Of a DNA stretch of 64,000 nt, positions 27,593 to 35,160 are shown piece after piece (the stretch's first letter is position 1; every line of letters starts with the position of its first letter). Made by a program: the position numbers and the translations under genes. The stretch is taken from IMG/VR virus record IMGVR_UViG_3300042945_001689, positions 44,125 to 108,124 of that record; one strand, given 5' to 3'. The notes beneath the pieces are model-generated. The model was given only the letters and a program-made list of their open reading frames with translations. It did no database searches and was not told the DNA's origin. This DNA is from a virus.

Positions 27593-28573
27593 ATGGCTCA
27601 TGAAATCGAAATAATCAACGGTGAGGCTTCTTTTGCTTCATTGCGTGAACCTGCGTGGCATGGTTTAGGTACCGTGTTTACAGAAGAGAAAACAACTAGC
27701 GAAATGCTAGAGTTAGCAAATCTGCAAGACTGGAATGTAAGATTAGAAGAGGTCGAGGCTCCTGCTACTCTAACATCAGACAAAAATTATTTCTATGTAG
27801 TACGAAATAATCCCGTAATCGAAAATCAAAACGATATTTTAGGTATTGTTGGAGAACGTTACAATGTATTGCAAAATGAACAACTATTTGATTTTGCAGA
27901 TGCAATGCTAGATGGTGGACGATGGGAAACCGCTGGCTCACTACGAGGTGGACGTGTAGTATTTGGTAGCCTTGCACTAGATCGTGAAACCGTACTAGAC
28001 CCTAATGGCGTTGCAGATAAAATCAACACCTATCTGATAGTCAATACATCACACGATGGTTCTATCTCAATTCAAGCAAGCGTTACCCCCGTACGTGTAG
28101 TGTGCGCTAACACATTGAACTTTGCTTTGCGTAGTGTAAAGCAATCCTTCAAGATTCGCCACACACAAACTGCTAATGGTAAAGTACAATCCGCTAAGAC
28201 TGCTCTAGGTATTGCTAACGCATACATGGACGACTTTAGCGTTATGGCAAACAAGATGATTCAGACTGAATTATCCGCTAAGCAATTCAACGATATTCTT
28301 CTCACCGCTTACCCTAAGCCTGATAAGGATTCTAAGCAAGCCCTAACCAAGTGGACAAATAAAATTGACACTCTCAATGATATTTACACTGGCGAATTCA
28401 ATCACATGATTTCGGGTAATGCGTGGGGCGCTCTTAATGCAATGACTGAACGCATTGACTGGTTCAGAGGTCAAGGTGAAACTAAGTTAGCAGCAGCAAG
28501 TGGTTTTGATGTTGCGACTAATGCAGAAAAAAATCGTTTAATGAAAATCGTAAATGATTTTGTAGCAGCGTAA
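27593..28573 (+). CDS. DUF932 / TIGR03299-type phage-plasmid protein
   Basis: PAWHGLG, ETAGSLRGGR, NTSHDG, RVVCANTL, RHT motifs. Confidence 0.85.
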   Translation: MAHEIEIINGEASFASLREPAWHGLGTVFTEEKTTSEMLELANLQDWNVRLEEVEAPATLTSDKNYFYVVRNNPVIENQNDILGIVGERYNVLQNEQLFDFADAMLDGGRWETAGSLRGGRVVFGSLALDRETVLDPNGVADKINTYLIVNTSHDGSISIQASVTPVRVVCANTLNFALRSVKQSFKIRHTQTANGKVQSAKTALGIANAYMDDFSVMANKMIQTELSAKQFNDILLTAYPKPDKDSKQALTKWTNKIDTLNDIYTGEFNHMISGNAWGALNAMTERIDWFRGQGETKLAAASGFDVATNAEKNRLMKIVNDFVAA

Positions 28574-28577
28574 ATAA

Positions 28578-28606
28578 ATATCCTGAGCATGATATAAAAC
28601 TGCTCA
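28578..28606 (+). ncRNA. H-type pseudoknot motif, copy 6, 3 nt before tRNA-Asp
   Basis: AUAUC-C-UGAGCA-U-GAUAU-AAAAC-UGCUCA. Confidence 0.8.
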
Positions 28607-28609
28607 TCT

Positions 28610-28686
28610 GATTCCATAGATCAATTGGTTAGATCGCCACCCTGTCACGGTGGAGGTTGCGGGTTCAAGTCCCGTTGGAATCGCCA
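28610..28686 (+). tRNA. tRNA-Asp(GTC)
   Basis: cloverleaf; anticodon stem CCACC/GGTGG, TTCAA T-loop, encoded CCA. Confidence 0.95.
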
Positions 28687-28825
28687 AAGGTTGGTGCAAC
28701 ACCCGCGGGGTTATCCACAGGTTATTCACATGATGAACGGTAAATCAAATTTTAAATCTAAAACATACTTTTTCCCTTTATTAAGAAGAGTTGACTTTTT
28801 CCTGGAATCAGGGTAAAATATTAAT

Positions 28826-29044
28826 ATGACCCAAAAAGTTGCAATTTACGAAATGAATTACTCTTGCTCTCCTGGCGGTATTGACTGCTGGGAAGCAACC
28901 ATTCAAGGTTATGGTACTAGTACTACTGCCTCTGACTTTAAAAATGCTGGAGAGGCTCTTAATTGGGTACTTGACAGATACCCTGACGAAATGTTAGAAT
29001 TGGTAGTAACTTCAATTCCTGCCTACGAAAAGGAATATGTATGA
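28826..29044 (+). CDS. Small early protein (leaderless)
   Basis: TTGACT-N17-TAAAAT at 28791-28819, ATG 6 nt later. Confidence 0.7.
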   Translation: MTQKVAIYEMNYSCSPGGIDCWEATIQGYGTSTTASDFKNAGEALNWVLDRYPDEMLELVVTSIPAYEKEYV

Positions 29045-29204
29045 CCCAAACAACCTACAAACCTTATACTATAAATGAACTAGTCATGGCTATCTATGAA
29101 GATAACCTATCACATTTTGAATTTATGGAAAACATGAATGGGGGAGACTGTGATTGTTCTCTCCATAATACTATGAATACTATTGTTGAATACTGGGGAG
29201 AATA

Positions 29205-29480
29205 ATGGGACGTAATCTAGCAGAAGAGTTAGCAAGCAATTCTTTATTGGATGAGATTAAATTAGATAATGCTATAGCGATACACTTACGGGGTAATCAC
29301 TATCCCCCGATTCCTTTGACTATGGTCCAGCCATGTATCGAAGCAATTGACGCATATTGGGATGAGGATTTAGACCATATGATTGATCTGCCAGAGGGCG
29401 TCTTCTATCGTGGTAGTGACAAGGCTCCTGCTTGGGCCATTATTGAATCACATCATCTTGGCGCTTGGTGTGCAGATTGA
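29205..29480 (+). CDS. Hypothetical protein
   Basis: HLRGNHYPP motif; GGAG SD. Confidence 0.75.
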   Translation: MGRNLAEELASNSLLDEIKLDNAIAIHLRGNHYPPIPLTMVQPCIEAIDAYWDEDLDHMIDLPEGVFYRGSDKAPAWAIIESHHLGAWCAD

Positions 29481-29657
29481 GGTGTACCTCATGTGGAAGT
29501 AAGATAACCTTTGAAAGCCAGGATGAAAGAGGATTCTGGTCCTGCCAGGATTGTGGGCAACCTACAGAAGAAGAGGGTTGACCTTATTAAGAAATGCTTG
29601 ACATTTTCCCCAAAACCTGCTAAAATTTAATTACGAACCAAGTAGAAAGAACCCGAA

Positions 29658-29885
29658 ATGAAAACATCAAGACTAGACCCATACTTACAAAAACAAGTTG
29701 AACTAGGCTCATCTGGCATAGACATTATGCATGGAGCATTAAAGACTATTATGCATGAGTTTGAAAACAAAACCTTTGAGGACAAATCATATGAAGAAGG
29801 ATATATGGATTGTCTTGTTGACCTATACAGTTTGACCTACGATATCTCATTTGCTATCATGGATAATGAGAGAAAGGATACGTAA
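29658..29885 (+). CDS. Hypothetical protein
   Basis: follows TTGACA-N17-TAAAAT at 29598. Confidence 0.7.
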   Translation: MKTSRLDPYLQKQVELGSSGIDIMHGALKTIMHEFENKTFEDKSYEEGYMDCLVDLYSLTYDISFAIMDNERKDT

Positions 29886-30045
29886 TGGCAACATATCGTT
29901 TTATGACTGGTACTTGGTATGAGATTACCCTGCCAGATAACAAGGTAGATTTAGAGGGTTATTTCCCTGAAGAGTTACATGATGCATACTTTGATAACTG
30001 TCTACCCGAAGATGTTCAAGTATACGAAGTTGAAGCGGACCATAT

Positions 30046-30240
30046 ATGGGACAATTGATTGAGTATATTAAGATACATCTAATTAGTTTAAGACAAGATT
30101 GGGAAGATGCTATTAATAACATAGACCTAATTGATTCTGAGTACCATCCTTCTGATGATTATTTTGAAGGAGCAATTGAGGCAACAGAGCACCTGTTGTC
30201 AGTGGCAGAAGGTATACTTAATGGTGGAGAGGATAGATAA
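30046..30240 (+). CDS. Hypothetical acidic protein
   Basis: coupled to 30240 ORF. Confidence 0.6.
   Translation: MGQLIEYIKIHLISLRQDWEDAINNIDLIDSEYHPSDDYFEGAIEATEHLLSVAEGILNGGEDR
30197..30218 (+). promoter_or_regulatory. TGTCAG-N10-TATACT promoter (inside upstream CDS)
   Basis: motif family; 21 nt before ATG 30240. Confidence 0.6.
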
Positions 30241-30887
30241 TGCCAAATTGGGTATACAATCAGGTATCTATCAAGGGACCTGAGAATCAGATAGCAGATA
30301 TCAAGGAACAACTTAATCAACCATATACTAGTATTCAAGATAACTACAATCATGAAACTAAAAAATGGGAGAAAAAAGAGTTTGCATATAGTAATCCTAT
30401 ATTTGCATTTTGGAATATCCATCGACCATTAGACATGAAAACATATAATTTGCAAGAAGACCCCAATGCAGATAAAACTAAACTATTTGATGGCAATAAC
30501 TGGTATAACTGGAATGTTCGTGAGTGGGGTACTAAATGGGATGTTGGACTTAGAGACGATGAAAGATTTACTGATACTGAGTTAATAGAAGAGACTAGTG
30601 GTTCATTAGTTTATTCTATACATACCGCTTGGGCTCCCCCTGTTCCTGCCATCCAAAAATTATCTAAGTTTGTGCCTGATTGTATTGTTACTCTTACCTA
30701 TCAAGAAGAGCAAGGCTGGGGTGGCGAGGTAATTTATCTTGATGGCTTGGCTGTTATTGAGAAAGAATACGACTCTCTATGCAATGAGTGCGATGCAGAA
30801 AACACTATGGAATACTGTGAGCATTGCGAAGTTGAGACATGCACTGCTTGCGCCTTTCCTTCCTGTACCCATTTAGTACAGGCATAG
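30240..30887 (+). CDS. DUF1281/YubB ferredoxin-like domain protein with C-terminal Cys cluster
   Basis: MPNW..N, WYNWN..WGTKWD, TAWAPP. Confidence 0.8.
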   Translation: MPNWVYNQVSIKGPENQIADIKEQLNQPYTSIQDNYNHETKKWEKKEFAYSNPIFAFWNIHRPLDMKTYNLQEDPNADKTKLFDGNNWYNWNVREWGTKWDVGLRDDERFTDTELIEETSGSLVYSIHTAWAPPVPAIQKLSKFVPDCIVTLTYQEEQGWGGEVIYLDGLAVIEKEYDSLCNECDAENTMEYCEHCEVETCTACAFPSCTHLVQA

Positions 30888-30949
30888 GTTGACAAACTGC
30901 AGCGGTAACGGTAGAATATATATACAACTAAAACTATGAGAGGATAGCA

Positions 30950-31315
30950 ATGGGAGATAGAACTAATTTTCACTTTAAAGTAAATGAAGACACCTTGACT
31001 TTGTACAGTCACTGGGGTGGTACCTGGCGTAAACAAGATTTGGCTCGTGCACTGAGTGTAGCAATGCCACGAATCCAAATGGGAGATATCGACTATGCAT
31101 TGCGTGTTTGTATCTCACAATTGATTGGAGCAGATTGGAATCAGGAAACTGGTTTTGGTCTACGCATTAATAACCCGCAGGGTGCTGAAGAAGAATATGG
31201 ATTTTTAGAAATCAACTTTAACAATGGCACAGTCCAGGATGATGACATTGTCAAGCCAATCCAGGAATTCATTTCCTACCACTTGACACAAGCAGCAACA
31301 ACTGCTACAATTTAA
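30950..31315 (+). CDS. Hypothetical protein
   Basis: MGDR..LYSHWGG; promoter TTGACA-N17-TAGAAT at 30889. Confidence 0.75.
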   Translation: MGDRTNFHFKVNEDTLTLYSHWGGTWRKQDLARALSVAMPRIQMGDIDYALRVCISQLIGADWNQETGFGLRINNPQGAEEEYGFLEINFNNGTVQDDDIVKPIQEFISYHLTQAATTATI

Positions 31316-31346
31316 TAACCACAACCCTAACCGAAAGGAGCCAGCA

Positions 31347-31511
31347 ATGGCAACTAAGAAAGCAGCAAAAGCAAAGACATACCCATATCTTGAAACTTGG
31401 GACACACGGTATGGCCTCTCCCAACGTGTGGTCCTACGTAAGAACGGCAAGTTTGTAGACAATGTCTCGCTTGACGCTCTTAAGCGAGGCCAACGGGTAG
31501 GCTCTCGCTAA
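31347..31511 (+). CDS. Small basic protein (54 aa)
   Basis: hand-translated MATKKAAKAK..; GAAAGGAG SD; promoter at 31282. Confidence 0.7.
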   Translation: MATKKAAKAKTYPYLETWDTRYGLSQRVVLRKNGKFVDNVSLDALKRGQRVGSR

Positions 31512-31541
31512 ATCAGTGAGGAATGGGTTCCCTCACTAACT

Positions 31542-31584
31542 AGGGGGGCGTTGGGTCTGCGACTTGCGCCCCTCTTTACTTTTT
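31542..31584 (+). terminator. Probable intrinsic terminator
   Basis: AGGGGGGCG..CGCCCCTCT stem plus T-rich tail. Confidence 0.55.
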
Positions 31585-31608
31585 GGTACAATTCAATAAG
31601 GGAGAAAA

Positions 31609-31842
31609 ATGACTAGATTATTTAGACCAACAAGACAGACTAAGGAGGAAAAGGCTGCAGTAGAGATAGGTGACATCCTATCAGACTTTAGACTTGACTT
31701 AGATTCACTTGGTTACTATGTAGCAAGGTCTAACCCCTATGTTATTTATCGTAGGTTTGAGGCTGTTGCGGAATCAGCATTATTAGAACGTGAAGGTTTA
31801 GATGATACAAGAATGGAGAACTACAATGACAGACTTCTATAA
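31609..31842 (+). CDS. Hypothetical protein
   Basis: 77 aa with SD. Confidence 0.7.
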   Translation: MTRLFRPTRQTKEEKAAVEIGDILSDFRLDLDSLGYYVARSNPYVIYRRFEAVAESALLEREGLDDTRMENYNDRLL

Positions 31843-32104
31843 GGCATGTGCTATTCTATCTGAGTTATACATGGGGTATGGAGATGACCCAGAGTTTAGA
31901 GATTTTATAGAATACAATGATATTGGAATACCACTTGCTCACTTTGTAAATGACGGGCTGGTAAGAGAACTTGGCGACTCAGCAAATATCTATATAGAGG
32001 AAACATTCTCACTACTATGTAAGTCACTAGGATACAAGGGTGCTACATATGATTTTGATAATTTAGATGATTTATTAGAAATGGCTCCTAGTAAAGAAGA
32101 GTAA
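31826..32104 (+). CDS. Hypothetical protein
   Basis: FIEYNDIGIPLA; start moved to ATG 31826 (GGAG SD). Confidence 0.7.
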   Translation: MTDFYKACAILSELYMGYGDDPEFRDFIEYNDIGIPLAHFVNDGLVRELGDSANIYIEETFSLLCKSLGYKGATYDFDNLDDLLEMAPSKEE

Positions 32105-32227
32105 GGTTTGGGCAGATCCTCTACTTCCCTGGAGGATCGGCCTGATCGCGGCACCCGCGGGAAACTATATCAAGTGACCGTGGTCCCCATGGCAAATCAT
32201 ATCAAATTGGACATATTGGACAAACCT

Positions 32228-32318
32228 TATTTTCCCAAACCTTATTACGAAGACAATTATATTTTCCCAAAACCATATTACGAACATGATTATATTTTCC
32301 CAAACCCTTATTACGAAA
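32228..32318. repeat. Three ~33-bp tandem repeats (TTTTCCCAAA..TATTACGAA)
   Basis: TATTACGA at 32243, 32276, 32309. Confidence 0.85.
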
Positions 32319-32360
32319 CATTAAAAAAAATCCCAGAAACTTTAGTGTTATAATAGTTTT

Positions 32361-32624
32361 ATGAGTCCAAGAGTCCATTTTGCTAAAGAAATGTATGGTC
32401 CTTATTTCCTAGAATCCAAACACTTTAGTTGTGATTGTGATAAAGATAAGAAGCCTATTCATCCTATACGTAAGTTTATAGATCGTCTCTTTCGTATCCC
32501 CGCCAAAGTAGAGGTCGAGCAGGTCCCTGAGCAGCCCAAGCCAAAGACGTCCAAGCCAGCCACCCAGGAAGAGATTGACGCCTACAATTTTCGGCGGGAA
32601 CAACGTAAACAATCTAATCAATAA
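32361..32624 (+). CDS. Hypothetical protein (near-leaderless)
   Basis: TGTTATAAT just upstream of ATG. Confidence 0.6.
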   Translation: MSPRVHFAKEMYGPYFLESKHFSCDCDKDKKPIHPIRKFIDRLFRIPAKVEVEQVPEQPKPKTSKPATQEEIDAYNFRREQRKQSNQ

Positions 32625-32800
32625 TACCCCTATATAAAACATTACGATACCAAACCTTTTTTCCTGGTTTTCTTTTATTTATCAAACCTTTATATAATTT
32701 TATTACGAAATATTTTAAAATATCCTAAAATTTGTTATCAAATTGTTATACATATTTGGCAACTTGACAAACCTTTATATCTATGATATGGGGGATATGG

Positions 32801-32866
32801 GGTTTGGGATATAAGGTTTGAAGGTTTGATGGTTTGAAGATATAAGGTTTGGAGATAAGAGGTTTG
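32801..32866. repeat. Cluster of six GGTTTG hexamers in non-coding DNA
   Basis: 32801, 32815, 32823, 32831, 32846, 32861; flanked by CAAACC copies. Confidence 0.8.
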
Positions 32867-33084
32867 GCCCCTAGACATTACGACCCCATCTGTCTAAGCG
32901 CTCCATAACCCATTACTCTCCACTTTCCTCCACTATACACCAAACCATACTATCTCAGTAACATTTATTTCATCCAAACCTCCCTATTACAATAGCCTTT
33001 ATAGGTCATATAAGCCTATTTGCGAGGGGATATTAAACACCCAAACCATACTTCTTGGCCATAAAAGGATATATACTTATATGT

Positions 33085-33201
33085 ATGTCCGACTTTCTAT
33101 GTGATATCTGTGATCGCTCTTTGGCCAAATATGTAACCATCAAAGCAGCATATTGTAGTACATGCTATAGAGATGAAGTCCTATTGGATCAAATAGACTA
33201 A
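33085..33201 (+). CDS. Tiny Zn-finger-like protein (38 aa)
   Basis: CDIC..CSTC; TATACT 7 nt upstream. Confidence 0.5.
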   Translation: MSDFLCDICDRSLAKYVTIKAAYCSTCYRDEVLLDQID

Positions 33202-33253
33202 TGCTTCATACTGGGGCTATGTTCTTATATAGGTATTAATGGTCTTTCTTGAT

Positions 33254-33502
33254 TTACCCCGCAGTGCAAGGTTCAAGCACTCTATGAGATACAAAATCAC
33301 CACAAGGACATAAACCTGCTCTACATTCACATTCATCTAGGTTTATCAAACTCTCATTAACAGGTAGAGGGGCACATGACTTATTACTTTCATGAGAAAC
33401 ATACTCTCCACATGGAGAAAAACCTATTTTTCCATAGTCATAAAAATGTGATCCAATTGGAGTATGAGCACAACTTTTAGGATTTATTTCTTTGTTTTCC
33501 AT
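33254..33502 (-). CDS. Cys/His-rich small protein with internal duplication
   Basis: PCGEYVSH / PCGDFVSH repeats. Confidence 0.55.
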   Translation of the reverse strand: MENKEINPKSCAHTPIGSHFYDYGKIGFSPCGEYVSHESNKSCAPLPVNESLINLDECECRAGLCPCGDFVSHRVLEPCTAG

Positions 33503-33603
33503 ATATGTATCTTATCATACTGTTTTATTATAAGGGTGATGAGGGTCTTTATTGACTTCCCGCCGAACTTGACAACCTATCCGCCGAACTGTATAATGAA
33601 TAT

Positions 33604-33777
33604 ATGAGCATAGACGACATGACATTAAGAGAAGAAATAGCAAGGGCTATAGAGGCTATACCTATTGAGCCTGGAGTAACCAATGCTTTGGGTATGCGTA
33701 TTGCTGCTGCTGAAATTGCAAGAGGGTTAGACAATTACATGACTCAGTGGTTTGAAAGACAGGTTGATTTTGAATAA
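33604..33777 (+). CDS. Small hypothetical protein (leaderless)
   Basis: TTGACA-N17-TATAAT at 33569-33597; MSIDDMTLREEIA.. Confidence 0.65.
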   Translation: MSIDDMTLREEIARAIEAIPIEPGVTNALGMRIAAAEIARGLDNYMTQWFERQVDFE

Positions 33778-33987
33778 GAATGAATGTGTGAAATGTGAGA
33801 TGCATCACAAAGATCCTTTATTCTGGGAAAGTCATCAAACCATGACAGATAATAGAATTTGGTGTGTTTATGGAAGATAAGTGTAGCCATACTTGGTATA
33901 TGCGAGAACCAGGTATCCAGTGTACAAAATGTGGAGATATTTGGCAATCCGAGAATACTAACACATAGTGCTCGTGTAGAGCATAAG

Positions 33988-34021
33988 GGTGTTTACTGTT
34001 CTATTTACCGCCGAACTTTAA
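33988..34021. repeat. 34-bp direct repeat, left copy
   Basis: GGTGTTTacTGTTCTATTTACCGCCGAACTTTAA; 32/34 identical to 35127-35160. Confidence 0.9.
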
Positions 34022-35061
34022 GACTTAGATCCAATTAGTGCAATTTGCGCTTTTGCTATAGTTAGCGCCGAGCCTGTAAGTGGAGAGTATTCCAATTTTT
34101 TGGCTGAAAGAGTAGCGCATGAAGTGGCAGTATACTTAAAGAATCCTTTGATTATATTTGCCTTATCGCTTGCTTGTGTTGGTGCTAGGCCATAAGAGAA
34201 CGAGGATATGTTGTAAGCCTTCTTATCCTTGTTGTTATAGTTTGGAACAATGATGCCATTTCCTTCAGGCTCAAAATCACTTAGGAATGCAGAGGCTGCT
34301 TCAGATGTAGGTTGCATAAACACACCAGCACCATTTTCAATAAATGCCTTAGCAAGATTTTGATTTGTAGCATAAGAAGATTCCATATATCCTATTGCGC
34401 CATTTGTACGTGCAACCTGAGATGCCATAAGATTAGTTCCAGCAACAGAACTAAAAGTTCCTAAAGGTAATTGAGTTTTTGGAAATGCTTGTGTAAAAGA
34501 CTTGTTTGGAGCCTTTGTCCAGATTGATGGAGCAATAGCACTAAGATATTCTGTTACTACTTGAGTTGTTCCAGAACTATCTGCACGATAGAAAACCATT
34601 ATTTGTAGGTTTGGTAGTTTTGGTTTTACTTTCTTTATAGTATTATCTTTAACTATTTGAGGATCATTCCACTTTGTTATATCCCCTGCAAAAATTTTAG
34701 CCAATGTTTTTTTCTTTAATTGAATCTTGCCTTTGTACCCATCAATTCTATATGCAATTGCAATAGGGCCTGCTACTAATGGAACATACACAAAATCTTT
34801 TTCTTTATTAATTTGTGAAGCAGCAACATCACTTGCTGCAAAATCAACAGTGCCTAGCATAAACATATTAATTCCAGCACCTGATCCTAGTGCTGTGTAT
34901 TCTATGCTATGTCCAGAGGCTTTTCCATATTGAACACGGCATTCATCAATAAAGTTAGCAATGAATGATGAACCAGAACCCGTAAGTTGATCTGCATGGG
35001 CTGGTTGGGCGATGAGTAAAGATGCAGCGATTGCTGCTACGATAAATCTAGAAGATTTCAT
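34018..35061 (-). CDS. pstS: Phosphate ABC transporter substrate-binding protein
   Basis: signal peptide, GSGSS, GSGAG, DFAASD, RADSSGTT. Confidence 0.92.
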   Translation of the reverse strand: MKSSRFIVAAIAASLLIAQPAHADQLTGSGSSFIANFIDECRVQYGKASGHSIEYTALGSGAGINMFMLGTVDFAASDVAASQINKEKDFVYVPLVAGPIAIAYRIDGYKGKIQLKKKTLAKIFAGDITKWNDPQIVKDNTIKKVKPKLPNLQIMVFYRADSSGTTQVVTEYLSAIAPSIWTKAPNKSFTQAFPKTQLPLGTFSSVAGTNLMASQVARTNGAIGYMESSYATNQNLAKAFIENGAGVFMQPTSEAASAFLSDFEPEGNGIIVPNYNNKDKKAYNISSFSYGLAPTQASDKANIIKGFFKYTATSCATLSAKKLEYSPLTGSALTIAKAQIALIGSKS

Positions 35062-35126
35062 AATTTAATGATACCAGGAGTATTTTAATTTAGGGTAAAT
35101 AGAAAAAGAACATCTAATTAACAGTA

Positions 35127-35160
35127 GGTGTTTGATGTTCTATTTACCGCCGAACTTTAA
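35127..35160. repeat. 34-bp direct repeat, right copy
   Basis: see 33988. Confidence 0.9.

Larger units (their letters stand above)
21172..32161. repeat. Dispersed CCCGCGGG palindromes at cassette boundaries (21172, 22381, 23771, 24653, 26604, 27474, 28702, 32154)
   Basis: 8 intergenic copies in 11 kb of AT-rich DNA, none noticed elsewhere; 21172-21215 and 23771-23814 match at 43/44 bp. Confidence 0.9.

Noticed and set aside
23736-28606. Pseudoknot motif as hammerhead, pistol or HDV ribozyme, or as a plain DNA operator
   Set aside because: Lacks the CUGANGA/GAAA junction, pistol P2/P3 and HDV P3/L3; P1 covariation and strand-specific G-U pairs argue against a DNA palindrome
28625-28816. 63-aa ORF
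   Set aside because: Overlaps tRNA-Asp, DnaA boxes and a promoter
32228-32318. Mini CRISPR array (also 20345-20403)
   Set aside because: Repeats are contiguous with no unique spacers of about 30 nt; no cas genes in window
32108-32353. 81-aa ORF with FPKPYYE repeats
   Set aside because: TTG start, spans a CCCGCGGG boundary and arises from 33-bp repeats whose motifs continue into non-coding DNA; probably spurious, not excluded
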